A DNA stretch of 64,000 nt from Candidatus Sulfomarinibacteraceae bacterium (GCA_963796455.1 CAWCLO010000004.1:224001-288000); one strand, 5' to 3'; shown: positions 9,763 to 20,109, counted from the first letter of the stretch. Program-made: numbers and translations. The notes: generated by a model not told the origin, from the letters alone.

Positions 9763-10578
9763 CTACCGATCGATCGAGATCAACTCCACGTCGAAGACCA
9801 ACATTCCGGCCGGGGCGCCCGGTTGCCCCTGGTAGGCCAGCTTCTCAGGAATCCAGAAGCGGCGTTTTTCTCCCGCGACCATGAGCTGCACTCCTTCGGT
9901 CCATCCTGCAATCACGCGGTTGAGGGGGAACTGAACGGGCTCGCCGCGGCGCACTGAAGAATCAAATAGTTCACCGTCGGTGGTCCATCCGGAGTAGTGG
10001 GCGGTGACCGTCGATGATGCCGTGGGGTGTTTGTCCCCAACGCCAGGCTGGAGCACCTTGGTGGCCAGGCCGCTGTCGGTGAACTCGGCATCGGCGGGTG
10101 GTGCCGCGACATCGGAGGGCACTGGTGGTGGCGGTGGCGGCTGAGGATTGTCTTTGATACCGAGAAGTTCGACATCGAAGACCAACATGCCCGCCGGCTT
10201 GCCTGGTGCATTGTTGTACGCCAGTTCGACGGGTATCCAAAGGCGGCGTTTTTCGCCCACCAGCATCAACTGGAGGCCCTCGGTCCATCCCGGAATGACC
10301 CTGTTGAGCGGAAAGGTCGCCGGTTGACCGCGGCGGACCGAAGAATCAAAGAGCTGACCATCGGTGGTCCAGCCTGAGTAGTGCACGGTGACTTCGTCCC
10401 ATGCATCGGGGTGTTTGTCACCGGTTCCGGCAGCGAGTACTTTGGAGCACAGTTTGCTTTCGGTGCATTCGGCGTCGGCGGGCGGCGCCGCAACGTCGGT
10501 CGGTGTCTGAAGGTCCTGGGCCTTGATGGAAAGCGTGCAAAAAACGGCGGCAACAACAAAATATGCTATCAACTTCAT
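9763..10578 (-). CDS. Secreted FKBP-type peptidyl-prolyl isomerase with two FKBP domains
   Basis: Twice HYSGWTTDG.LFDSS..RG.P..FPLNRVI.GWTEG.QLM..GEKRR.WIP...LVFDVEL. Confidence 0.95.
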   Translation of the reverse strand: MKLIAYFVVAAVFCTLSIKAQDLQTPTDVAAPPADAECTESKLCSKVLAAGTGDKHPDAWDEVTVHYSGWTTDGQLFDSSVRRGQPATFPLNRVIPGWTEGLQLMLVGEKRRLWIPVELAYNNAPGKPAGMLVFDVELLGIKDNPQPPPPPPVPSDVAAPPADAEFTDSGLATKVLQPGVGDKHPTASSTVTAHYSGWTTDGELFDSSVRRGEPVQFPLNRVIAGWTEGVQLMVAGEKRRFWIPEKLAYQGQPGAPAGMLVFDVELISIDR

Positions 10579-10652
10579 GGCGTTACCCTAACCCGACGCC
10601 ACGGATACGGCAAGGGACAACCGGTCTGCTCGCACCGGGCGTGTCGGGGCAA

Positions 10653-10835
10653 AGAGGAGCAGAGGAGCAGAGGAGCAGAGGAGCAGAGGAGCAGAGGAGC
10701 AGAGGAGCAGAGGAGCAGAGGAGCAGAGGAGCAGAGGAGCAGAGGAGCAGAGGAGCAGAGGAGCAGAGGAGCAGAGGAGCAGAGGAGCAGAGGAGCAGAG
10801 GAGCAGAGGAGCAGAGGAGCAGAGGAGCAGAGGAG
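10653..10835. repeat. Octamer array (AGAGGAGC)x22 plus partial unit
   Basis: Perfect tandem array. Confidence 0.95.
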
Positions 10836-10868
10836 ACCCGGCCCTTATCACGAACGACGTCTCCGGTA

Positions 10869-11494
10869 CGGTTCTCCCTTTCTCTTTTTCGGGAACTGGA
10901 ACGGGAACGGAACAATCCTTCAAGATGTCATCCTGAGCGAAGCGCCTTCGGCGCGCAGTCGAAGGATCTGCGGTCGCATGGTCCTATCGGTCGTCCCATA
11001 GATCCTTCGACTACGCCCCCGGCGGGGCTCCGCTCAGGATGACATCGGAGGAAACATCGCCATCAGGCGACAGTGCCGGTGGTTTCCCTCTGCCCCTCCG
11101 CCCCTCTGCTCCTCTGCGCTGTGGGGTGCGGTTCTCCCTTTCTCTTTTTCGGGAACGGGAACGGGAACGGAACAATCCTTCAAGATGTCATCCTGAGCGA
11201 AGCGCCTTCGGCGCGCAGTCGAAGGATCTGCGGTCGCATGGTCCTATCGGTCCGTGCCATAGATCCTTCGACTACGCCCCCGGGCGGGGCTCCGCTCAGG
11301 ATGACATCGGGAGGAGACATCGCCATGCAGGGCAGATCAGTGCCGGGTGGTTTCCCCTCTGCCCCTCCGCCCCTCTGCTCCTCTGCGCTGTGGGGTGCGG
11401 TTCTCCCTTTCCCCTTTCCCCCTTTCGGGAACGGGAACGGAAACGGGATCGGGCATCCAGCATCCAGCATCGAGCATCGAGCATCGAGCATCGG
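10869..11494. repeat. Tandem ~260-bp cassette x2.3, each full unit with a GATGTCATCCTGAGCG...CGCTCAGGATGACATC palindrome (10924-11046, 11184-11308), ending in (GCATCSR)x6
   Basis: Units start at 10869, 11129 and 11398; 16-bp perfect outer arms and inner GTCGAAGGATCT/AGATCCTTCGAC arms. Confidence 0.9.
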
Positions 11495-11593
11495 GTTGCT
11501 GGCGATCTCCCGAACGAATTCTGAGATCAACAACCCGAGTCGGAATCAGCCTGCTACAGTTGAGGGGAATGGAACCCAGGCGAGGAGAACGCT

Positions 11594-12442
11594 ATGAGGT
11601 GCAGTCTCTGGACTCTGAGCTGTCGTTTGATATCCGTGGCCTGTGCAGTTGCATTGCTCGCCGCGTGCGGCCCCACAACCATCGACACCTCCAGCTTCGA
11701 GGGCCTCGAACGCTCGGTGACCGATCTCCGCGAACCGATGGAGGAAGGGCAGCGAGCACAATTCGATGAGTCACTCAATTATCTGGTGGGCGAGACGGCG
11801 TTGTTGAACGGGGAGAAGCAACCCGCCCATCCCGAACTGGTTTTGGCGCTGTACAAACCTCTGGCCGGTATGACTGCCGAGGGCATCATCTCCGAAGCAT
11901 TGCGGCGGCGGTTGGACGAGGTTCAGACCGCGGTCGCAGCCATCGAGCGCAAGCGTGAAGGCGCCGAGGAGCAGCGCCTGGCCCTGGACGCTTTTGATCT
12001 CCAGAAGAGCAAGGTCTACAAACGGAATCGCGGCTCCCTCGAGTGGCCGGTCATCGAATTCAAGGCCGCGAACAACACCGATCAGCTGATCTGGCTGATT
12101 CACTTTCGCGCAGCGCTCATGCGCCCTGGCTATGACGAACCGTGGCTGGTGGAGGAATTCGATCAATTGGTGCTCAACGGGATTGCGCCCGGTGAACGGG
12201 ATCTGTGGCGGATCGAGCCCGAACGGCAGGAATGGGTGACTCTCGTCGATCCCCATCCGGATCTCCTCTTCACTCTCGAAGTGATGCGCCTCGAAGGCCT
12301 CGGTGGCAATGTCATCGCGGCGACCGAGTGGGGCTTCATCGAAGAGATTCAGATCGAAATGTATGAAAAGACTCTCGAGATCATCCGTGAAGGAAACAGT
12401 CTTGCTCTCGACCAGCCTCCGCGACCGGGTGTTCCTCAGTAG
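11594..12442 (+). CDS. Hypothetical lipoprotein (DUF6694-like N-terminus)
   Basis: Lipobox LAAC; IDTSS..GLERS...L; GAGGAG RBS. Confidence 0.7.
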   Translation: MRCSLWTLSCRLISVACAVALLAACGPTTIDTSSFEGLERSVTDLREPMEEGQRAQFDESLNYLVGETALLNGEKQPAHPELVLALYKPLAGMTAEGIISEALRRRLDEVQTAVAAIERKREGAEEQRLALDAFDLQKSKVYKRNRGSLEWPVIEFKAANNTDQLIWLIHFRAALMRPGYDEPWLVEEFDQLVLNGIAPGERDLWRIEPERQEWVTLVDPHPDLLFTLEVMRLEGLGGNVIAATEWGFIEEIQIEMYEKTLEIIREGNSLALDQPPRPGVPQ

Positions 12443-12489
12443 ATACCGGGTGTCGGTGCCCCGTTTCCGCGCCCGTGCCCCTGTCCCTG

Positions 12490-12575
12490 CCCGAATTGCA
12501 GTGGCAGCGACAGTGTCCAGCGTCCGCGACTGCGATCAGCAATCAGGGGCCGAGGCAGCATCAGCGACATCGTTC
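12490..12575. repeat. Fragment of the TIR-element family (CAGCGA-type array)
   Basis: CCCGAATTGCAGTGGCAGCGACAGTGTCCAGCG matches ~38477-38509 and the reverse complement of ~1066-1097. Confidence 0.7.
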
Positions 12576-12719
12576 AGTCGGACTGGTATGGAGATTCTAA
12601 ATTCTTGAAAATAGGCCTATTCAGGGCTGTTTTCCCGGTTGAACCGGATCGAATCCGTCCGTGCGAATTTCGGCAATCGGACTTTTTTCGGGTCCACGGC
12701 CGTATTACACTGCACGCCC

Positions 12720-13487
12720 ATGATCGATCCAACATATCTACCCAGCGGCCTCCAGGGAGAGCCCTATTTTCGTTGGCGCGGCGGCGACGTCTCGCGTATC
12801 GAGGGTCTGTCCGATGCTGTTTTTGCGCTCTCCCTGACTCTGCTGGTGGTGGCGCTCGAGGTTCCTTCGTCGTCACAGGAATTGATCACCGTTTTCTGGC
12901 AGTTTCCGGCGTTCGCCTTCTGTTTCGGGTTTATCCTCTGGGTCTGGTACGAACACTACATCTACCACCGGCGCTACGGTTTCGAAGACGGGATGACTGT
13001 CGCCCTGAATGGGTTGTTGCTGTTTTTTATCGTCTTCTACGTCTTTCCCCTCAAGTTCCTGGCGTCGGCGCTGGTGACCGGACCCTTGACCGGCGACCGA
13101 ACGGTGCAGAACATGAGCCAGGGAACGACCGTGATGCTGTTTTACAGCGCTGGTTTCGTTGCCATTTTTACAGTCCTCACCCTCATGTACGGGCGGGCAT
13201 GGCGGCTGCGCGATCGGCTCCATCTTGATCTGTTGGAGCGGATTGCGACTCGAGGGGCCATCCGGCGCCACCTGTTGTCGATCGCCGTCGGGCTCGCATC
13301 CATCGTGTTGGCAGTGTTTGTGCCTCAGCACCCGGCATGGTCGGGAATGATCTATTTCCTGATGGGACCGGTTCAGGGTATCAGCGGCTATCTGAGCGGG
13401 AGAGAGCTGGAACGCGCGATGGAAGCCGGGATCGAGGATGTAGGAATCGAGTCTGAAAGTCGCGAGTCGGTTGCCGATTCCGACTAA
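12720..13487 (+). CDS. TMEM175 family (DUF1211) potassium channel
   Basis: SRIEGLSDAVFALSLTLLVV signature; 6 TM segments. Confidence 0.9.
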   Translation: MIDPTYLPSGLQGEPYFRWRGGDVSRIEGLSDAVFALSLTLLVVALEVPSSSQELITVFWQFPAFAFCFGFILWVWYEHYIYHRRYGFEDGMTVALNGLLLFFIVFYVFPLKFLASALVTGPLTGDRTVQNMSQGTTVMLFYSAGFVAIFTVLTLMYGRAWRLRDRLHLDLLERIATRGAIRRHLLSIAVGLASIVLAVFVPQHPAWSGMIYFLMGPVQGISGYLSGRELERAMEAGIEDVGIESESRESVADSD

Positions 13488-14143
13488 AAACGATAACCCA
13501 GACCCGCGAGGCCGTGCAGGGACACGTTGAGCCCTTCCGCGTGGCCGTCGACCACGGGTACCCGGAACCAGGCCACGAAGAGATCGGCCTCGATGACAAA
13601 GAAGAGACCCTTCCAGATCGTGAAATCTTTGCTGACGCCGCCGACGACGGCCGGCCCGGTGAGGGTGTAACCGCTGCCGAAGAGCCCGCCCGAATCTTCA
13701 TCGGCCATGCCGCGGATGATGGTGTTGGGCTCGGCCAGCACGAGGCCGGCGCCGATACGGAGCGTGACCGGCAGGTCTTCGAAGCTTCGGTGGAAGCTCA
13801 GGATGTTGAATCCGTGGGTGATCTCGAAGTGCTCGACCTCGAGGGGTGGGTTGCTGAGGAAAAGTTTGTGGTGCCGGGCCTGAAACTCCCACGCTCCCTT
13901 TTCGGTGCGGTTGAATGCCAAACGAAAGGACCAGTACATCGGCCGCTCGAAGCCGCGGGTTTCGTATTCTGCCGTGAAGTCGAGGGTCGGATATCCAGTT
14001 TGGGAGATCTTCAGCGGGGTCTGGAGATTGACCGCGTTGCCGAGAAAGAACTCAAAGGACGAAAACTCGATCGCCGCCACCGGAATGGCGAAGCCGAGCA
14101 GGATCACCGAGACGGACGTGATGATGATCTGAATGCGGCGCAT
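13484..14143 (-). CDS. Outer-membrane beta-barrel protein
   Basis: Signal peptide, amphipathic strands, C-terminal GLGYRF. Confidence 0.75.
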   Translation of the reverse strand: MRRIQIIITSVSVILLGFAIPVAAIEFSSFEFFLGNAVNLQTPLKISQTGYPTLDFTAEYETRGFERPMYWSFRLAFNRTEKGAWEFQARHHKLFLSNPPLEVEHFEITHGFNILSFHRSFEDLPVTLRIGAGLVLAEPNTIIRGMADEDSGGLFGSGYTLTGPAVVGGVSKDFTIWKGLFFVIEADLFVAWFRVPVVDGHAEGLNVSLHGLAGLGYRF

Positions 14144-14180
14144 TGTTGTGCTCCGCGGGAATCATACCTCGGGTCGGGTT

Positions 14181-14741
14181 CTACTGCGGCCAGAGCCAGC
14201 CGAATATCCCGGCTGTGAGCAGGGCGTAGACCAATCCGTCGAAAACGTGCTTGAGGCACATGGAGAACGGCTTCTGCTTCCACACGGCATCCGCAATGTA
14301 AGCAAAGGAGTAGGCCATAAAGCTCGAACAGCCGACAACCCGGAAGACCTGGAGATAGTGGGTACCGGCTGCGAGCGTCCGGCTGGCCAGATAGGCCGCG
14401 AAGACACCCACCACGATGCTGTAGATGAACCACAGAACAAGGGCTTTTCCCATGGCCGGCGGGCCGCTCGGTCCCACGTTGATGGTGCCGACCGGTCCCT
14501 CCTCGTACTTCTTCAACATCTCGGGCGAGCCCATTTCCTTCATGGTTCCTGCATAGGGGAATGCATAAAAACCAGGCTCGACGCCTGCGTTCCGCATCCC
14601 GTCGAGTACCGATGCTTCGTCAGGTAATTGTCGATATTCCGAGTTGTGGTATTTCAGCGCCATGTGGATGACGGAGCTCGCGATGAAGACCGCAACCGCA
14701 GCGAGCAGGATCGGGAGCCAGAGCGTGGTCAAGGACACCAT
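14181..14741 (-). CDS. Hypothetical integral membrane protein
   Basis: 4 hydrophobic helices; GGAGGTG RBS before ATG 14741. Confidence 0.75.
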   Translation of the reverse strand: MVSLTTLWLPILLAAVAVFIASSVIHMALKYHNSEYRQLPDEASVLDGMRNAGVEPGFYAFPYAGTMKEMGSPEMLKKYEEGPVGTINVGPSGPPAMGKALVLWFIYSIVVGVFAAYLASRTLAAGTHYLQVFRVVGCSSFMAYSFAYIADAVWKQKPFSMCLKHVFDGLVYALLTAGIFGWLWPQ

Positions 14742-14882
14742 ATACACCTCCGAATAACGGACAATTTCGTTGTGACTCGGTCTCGATTTCTGGCCCCTTT
14801 TATAGCAGCGCGGTCTTTTCCTGTCCACCGCGTGAACCTTGTAGAATGTGGTCGTCGACAGTGTTCTGTCGCAGGAGGAGGC

Positions 14883-17018
14883 ATGATGTTGAAAGTTGGC
14901 AAGGGGACTCTGTATTCACTCGCACTGGTTGTGATCGGTGCAGCACTCAGTGGAGGGATTGCCGTCGCCGGGGAAACAGGCGGTCTTTCTTTCGAACAAT
15001 TGGCGGCGATTCGATCGGTGGGGGACGTGGCGTTTTCGCCCGATGGTTCTCTGGTGGCTTACACCCTGAGCGTGCCCCGACGGCCGGGTGAGGATGACGA
15101 CGGTTCGGCGTGGCGCGAACTCCGGGTGGTGTCGGTTCCCGGCGGTGTCGACCGAGTCTATGTCGGTGGGCAGGTCAGTGTCTCCGGGATTCGTTTTACC
15201 CCGGATGGCAGCGCGATCACCTACCTCGCAAAACGGGGTGATGACGAGCACACGGCCCTATGGACCATTCCGATCGACGGCGGAGAATCGCACCGGTTGA
15301 TCGGCTTCGACACGGCGATCGCAGATTACCGGGTCTCACCTGATGGCACACGAATCGCCTTCGTGGCGAATCAGCCAATGTGCGAAAAACGCGAGAAAGC
15401 CGAGGAGAAGGGCTACACGCAGGAGGTCTTCGAGGAGGATTGGTTGCCGAAAATGGTGTGGGTCGTGCCCATGCCGACCACGGCGGTTCCCGATCCTTCG
15501 CAACCGGAGGAAGAGGCTGTCGAACCCAAAGCGCTCGCTATTGACGGCAGTGTTTTTAATGTCCGCTGGAGCCCCGACTCGGCCACGCTGGCGGTCGATG
15601 TGGCGCCGCGGCCTCTCGTCGACGACCGGTACATGTTCCGCAAGGTGACGATTGTGGACGCTGCAAGCGGGGAAGTGCGCACGCGTTTTGCCAACCCAGG
15701 CAAGCTGGGAGATTTTCAGTTCAGCCCCGATGGTGCAACCGTTGCGATGATCTCGGCCGCCGATCCGAATGATCCGGGACAGGGGCGCCTGATGGTGGCG
15801 CCGGCCGCTGGTGGCGATCTCAAAGATGTCCTGCCCGGCCTCGAGGGCCACGTCAGCAGATTTGCCTGGCGGGACTCGGAAACCCTGGTCTATGTGGCCG
15901 CTGTCGGTGTCGAGAGCAGGCTTGGTGAAATCGATCTTGGCGGCAAAAGGGCGCGGACCTATCTCGAATCTCCAAACGAGTTTGCCGGCGTGCGGGTGCC
16001 GATCATGGGTTCGATGAGCCTATCCGGCGACGGGATGCGGGTCGCGATCTCCGGCAACACCCCGCTCCACCCCAACGAGGTCTATGCCTTCAATCTCGGA
16101 GAAGCTGCCGGTGCACGCCTGACCGACAGCAACCCGTGGCTCGCGAATGTGGCGCTCGAGCCGCAGGAGGTCTTCAACTGGAGGGCGAAAGACGGCCTCG
16201 AGCTCGAGGGTCTGCTGATCCGGCCCGCGGGTGCGGCTGGCCCCCTGCCGCTCATCATGGGGGTCCATGGTGGACCGGAGGGGCACCGGAGCAATGGTTG
16301 GCTCAGCTCCTATTCTTTGCCGGCCCAGATGGCGGCCCACCAGGGTTATGCTGTTTTTTATCCCAACTATCGCGGCAGCACCGGACGGGGTGTCGAATTC
16401 TCGAAGCTGGGTCAACACGACGCAGCCGGAAAAGAGTTCGATGATCTGCTCGATGCCCTTGCGACACTGATTGATCGCGGGATCGTCGATGCCGATCGAG
16501 TCGGGGTCACCGGTGGGTCCTACGGTGGTTATGCGACCGCCTGGTTGGCCACCCGCCATACCGAGCACTTCCGTGCCGGAGTGATGTTCGTGGGCATCAG
16601 CAACAAATACAGTAAGGCATTCACCACCGAAATTCCGGTGGAGGACGTCATGGTCCACGCCTTGTATCCGCCCTATACGAATACCGAATTCAGTCTCGAG
16701 CGCAGCCCCATGAGTTGGGTGGAAAAGGGGAGGACACCTCTCCTGATCGCGGGGGGCACGGCTGACAGCCGGGTCCATCCCTCACAGAGCCTGCAGTTTT
16801 ATCGCGCACTCAAACTGGTCGGTAAAACGCCGGTTCGCTACGTGCGCTATCCGGGAGAAGGCCACGGCAACCGCCGCGCTGCTTCGCGCGACGACTATGC
16901 CCATCGGGTGATGCGATGGATGGATCACTTCGTCAAGAACAAACAGACCGATCTTCCGCCCTGGGCGTTGGAGGTCGCCGACGAGAAGACAGATGCCGGA
17001 GAGGGTGAAAACGACTGA
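14883..17018 (+). CDS. S9 family prolyl oligopeptidase / acylaminoacyl peptidase
   Basis: SPDG propeller repeats, VHGGP, PNYRGS, GGSYGG, D-x-RV, EGHG. Confidence 0.93.
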   Translation: MMLKVGKGTLYSLALVVIGAALSGGIAVAGETGGLSFEQLAAIRSVGDVAFSPDGSLVAYTLSVPRRPGEDDDGSAWRELRVVSVPGGVDRVYVGGQVSVSGIRFTPDGSAITYLAKRGDDEHTALWTIPIDGGESHRLIGFDTAIADYRVSPDGTRIAFVANQPMCEKREKAEEKGYTQEVFEEDWLPKMVWVVPMPTTAVPDPSQPEEEAVEPKALAIDGSVFNVRWSPDSATLAVDVAPRPLVDDRYMFRKVTIVDAASGEVRTRFANPGKLGDFQFSPDGATVAMISAADPNDPGQGRLMVAPAAGGDLKDVLPGLEGHVSRFAWRDSETLVYVAAVGVESRLGEIDLGGKRARTYLESPNEFAGVRVPIMGSMSLSGDGMRVAISGNTPLHPNEVYAFNLGEAAGARLTDSNPWLANVALEPQEVFNWRAKDGLELEGLLIRPAGAAGPLPLIMGVHGGPEGHRSNGWLSSYSLPAQMAAHQGYAVFYPNYRGSTGRGVEFSKLGQHDAAGKEFDDLLDALATLIDRGIVDADRVGVTGGSYGGYATAWLATRHTEHFRAGVMFVGISNKYSKAFTTEIPVEDVMVHALYPPYTNTEFSLERSPMSWVEKGRTPLLIAGGTADSRVHPSQSLQFYRALKLVGKTPVRYVRYPGEGHGNRRAASRDDYAHRVMRWMDHFVKNKQTDLPPWALEVADEKTDAGEGEND

Positions 17019-17041
17019 TCGCCCTCGACGTATTAAAACTG

Positions 17042-17075
17042 AAGGGCCGGTCGCAAACCTGCGACCGGCCCTTTT
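17042..17075. terminator. Intrinsic terminator between convergent genes
   Basis: 14-bp stem AAGGGCCGGTCGCA/TGCGACCGGCCCTT with T-run. Confidence 0.85.
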
Positions 17076-17100
17076 CTATTTGTACTCGATGGAATTCGCC

Positions 17101-17853
17101 TCAGAGCGTCATCGCTCTTCCGGCGAGATAGGAGACGATGTCGGCGGCTTCGTGCATCGCCTTGTCACCGACGCAGAGGCAGGGCGCCTGGCCCTTGCCG
17201 GCGATCTTGGTCAGGTCGTCGAGAGCCCCCTGGTCCTCACTCACGTTGCGCACCGGCACCGTGTCGAGGTGGAGATTGCCCAGCGCCGCCGCGGCATTGG
17301 TCGAAAACATGCAGTTCGATCGTACGAAAAGCACGGTATCGTCCTCGAGGCCTGGCGGGTCTTCGGGCGTTCTGAGAGTGTTTTCGTGTTTCCGGTTGAC
17401 TTCTTCGCAGAGTGCGGCGAGTTCAGCGATGTCTCTCTTGCCGCCGGGACCGACGGACGATGCGTGGCGGACCACGCCGTCGGCATCGATGATGACGGTG
17501 GCGCGATCGGTGATCCCGGCTTCTTCAAGATAGAGACCATAGGATTTGGCGACCTCACCCTTGGGGTGAAAATCTGCCAGGAGCGGGAAAGATACTCCTC
17601 CGAGGCTCATTGCCCAGTTCATGTGGCAGTAGATCGAGTCAACGCTGACACCCAGAACCTGGGTGTTGGCGGCGAGGAAGCGGTCTTGAAGAGCTTCCAC
17701 GCCGGGTACCTCGGTGCTTCACGTGGGTGTGAAATCGAGGGGGTAAAAGAGCAGCATCACATGGCGCCGCCCCTTGAACTGGTCGAGGCTGATGTTTCGC
17801 GAGAATTGGTCGGTCAGGCTGAATCCTGGTGCGGTCTGTCCTACTTCGATCAT
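17101..17853 (-). CDS. Peroxiredoxin (AhpC/TSA, AhpE-like)-glutaredoxin fusion, probable selenocysteine at TGA 17719-17721
   Basis: FYPLDFTPT-TGA-STEVPG in frame with downstream LGVSVDS..., FPLLADF, DRATVIID; C-terminal Grx-like CMFS...QAPCL; GGAGG RBS. Confidence 0.88.
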
Positions 17854-18214
17854 TTTTCCTCCTTGTCCTTGCTCGCGGCATGATACCTTTTCGCTGCTGG
17901 GCAGCCAACCGCGGATGAACCGGATTGCCGGAGCGAGGGTCCTGAACGAAAATGGACCATGGTTTCTTGCGGAAACCGGTGCCCCGCACCTATACAGAGC
18001 ACCAGGAGCTTGGCGTCGGCACCCCACAAAAGCGCGGACACGGTAACCTATGTTCAGCGTGAAGGAGTCAATAAAGGTGCGCACATCCGTAAAGGTTAAA
18101 GGTGCCAGGTACGGGGGTATTGATCTTTCGGATTCTGGCGGCCCGAAACACCATGGCCACGACGAAACGGCCATCGTGTGAACAGGGGAAAACTTGCGAT
18201 AGAGTTGTGAAAGG

Positions 18215-19277
18215 ATGATCGTTGGTTCGGGAGGAAGGAAAAGCTTGGGATACACCAAAGATTCGAAAAGCACGTCTATCCGTCTTCCATTTCATATTGG
18301 GTTCGTCGGGCTGGCACTCCTCCTTGGAGCCTCCTGTGATCGGGCTGTCTCAAGCCCGGCAGGTGAAGGTGCTTCAGAAAACGAAACCAGCGCCAAAACC
18401 ACCGCGGGGCCCGAGGGGCAGCCAATCCCAACATCCGGGTTGGAAAATAGACCGACGCCAAATACTTGGCCGGTCGAACCACCTGGGAACCCCGCTGCAG
18501 GCGAACTGTGGGTGGACTCTGCTGCCAATATTGGTTTCCGTGCTATCCCGCACGGGTCGTTCACGATGGGAGGGCCGATAGAACATCTCAACACCCGACG
18601 GCTGAAGGTAACGCTCACGCGAGATTACTGGTTGGCTGAAACGGAAATCACACGACAGCAGTGGGATATCATCATGTCCGACAAAGACAATTCAAAACGG
18701 GGACCCAGTCGCGGTTTTCCTGAAGACTCAGTCACCTGGTGGCAGGCCGTCGAGTTCGCAAACCGTCTTTCGCAGAAATCCGGCCTGGAGGAATGCTATG
18801 AACTCGCCGTTGCCGAAGCCGGCGCACCTGGCGACCAGCATCCAGATCCTCAATTTTTGGGGCTCGATTGTGAGGGCTATCGCTTACCAACCGAGGCTGA
18901 ATGGGAACGGGCGGCGCTGGCGGGAAGCAATACTCTTTTCTCGGGCGGCGATGACCTGGAAGCTTACGGCTGGTACGAGTCCAACAGCGACAGAAAGGTT
19001 CACCGTTGCGCAGAAAAGGCGCCGAATGCATGGGGTCTTTATGATATGTCGGGGAATCTGAACGAATGGGTTTGGGACGAAACCCGGAATTCGGCCCTTT
19101 TGGTTCGCCGTCGATTTCTTTGTATCAGAGAATCCTGACGCCCTCGACGAAGAAAGGGTCAGGAAGGGCGGATCCTACTGGGATCGAGACTCTCAATGCC
19201 GGGTGCATGAGAGCCGTGCCGAGGGGCCAGGCCATGCCGGCGATACCGGCTTTCGGGTAGTGCGGACCGGTGGTTGA
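18215..19277 (+). CDS. Formylglycine-generating enzyme (SUMF1/FGE-sulfatase) domain protein; frameshift near 19075-19105
   Basis: F.MG, TEIT, YRLPTEAEWERA, PNAWGLYDMSGN..EW; +1 frame gives RVRKGGSYW...GFRVVR; start uncertain. Confidence 0.85.
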
Positions 19278-19292
19278 GCCAGAACATGGATC

Positions 19293-20066
19293 TTAGTGGA
19301 TGTTGATGTAGAACATCTCTTCGATTTTCGGTGTGTCTGACAAATCGGTTTCGATGGACACCCGAACCGATACATTATTGAGATCCGGGTCCTCTGCTTG
19401 CATCAGATCGAGCAGGAATTGGGTGTGGGCCTGGTAGTGGAGTTTCTCTCCGTCTTCGAGCTTGCGCACCCTCACCTCGAGTTCGGTCGTGTCCAGAGAG
19501 ACGTTTGTGATCTGAAAATCAAGGTTCGGCTCTCCAGAGATGAGAATGATCCTGCGCACAAAATCCCCTTGGTTCGGGTAACTACTTAGGGGGAGTTCGG
19601 GCCCCAGCAGAAGCAAAAGATCGGGAAGCGGCTCAACACGAAGGTTGAAATCGACTGATCGCGGGCTGCGAACTCCAACCCGAAACTGGAGACGCGCAGA
19701 GCCTGTCTCCCAGGGCACGACCCAATGCCGATACGTCTGGGTTTTCTCGGGCGGTTGGATTTCGATCCTGATTTTCTTCATCCCATTGGGTGGGATTTCT
19801 CCAGTCGGGTCGGGGACAGAAAAAAGGTCGCTTTGAAGACCCACGATCACCATCACTTCGTCCGATTCGTTTCTGACGGCGATCTCGGCCGCTTTGAATT
19901 TCCCGGCCCGGATCGAACCCAAGTCAAGAAACGGGTCTGGCACGGCCAACTCATACGATGCGTCCAGCACTATCGCCTGTTCGGCGCCGAGAGCGGGACC
20001 TATGAACGATGCAAAAAGCAATACCAGCCCGGCCCTGCGAACCAGCGATCCTTGTATACCCAACAT
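19293..20066 (-). CDS. Secreted Ig-like protein (DUF1573-like)
   Basis: Signal peptide; DLGSI...VRN.SDE.....EIPPNG pattern; GGAG RBS. Confidence 0.6.
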   Translation of the reverse strand: MLGIQGSLVRRAGLVLLFASFIGPALGAEQAIVLDASYELAVPDPFLDLGSIRAGKFKAAEIAVRNESDEVMVIVGLQSDLFSVPDPTGEIPPNGMKKIRIEIQPPEKTQTYRHWVVPWETGSARLQFRVGVRSPRSVDFNLRVEPLPDLLLLLGPELPLSSYPNQGDFVRRIILISGEPNLDFQITNVSLDTTELEVRVRKLEDGEKLHYQAHTQFLLDLMQAEDPDLNNVSVRVSIETDLSDTPKIEEMFYINIH

Positions 20067-20109
20067 TAATCCGTCTCCATTGGTTTTTGACCCCTCTCGC
20101 CTCATTTTC

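Noticed and set aside
10653..11494. CRISPR array
   Set aside because: Repeats are spacer-less tandem units or 260-bp duplications, and there are no cas genes; the same holds for 60740-61130.
9087..11769. ORFs such as (MQDAGCR)n, (SRGAEEQR)n and CHPERS-containing frames
   Set aside because: They are translations of non-coding tandem repeats and palindromes.
17719..18273. Separate 184-aa ORF, or peroxiredoxin pseudogene
   Set aside because: Only the last 44 codons are peroxiredoxin-like, and the stop is an in-frame TGA at the catalytic position, better explained as Sec.
494..19277. Diversity-generating retroelement (Avd-like gene plus FGE/CLec-fold target)
   Set aside because: No reverse transcriptase and no template repeat matching the FGE gene 3' end was seen; the genes are 17 kb apart.
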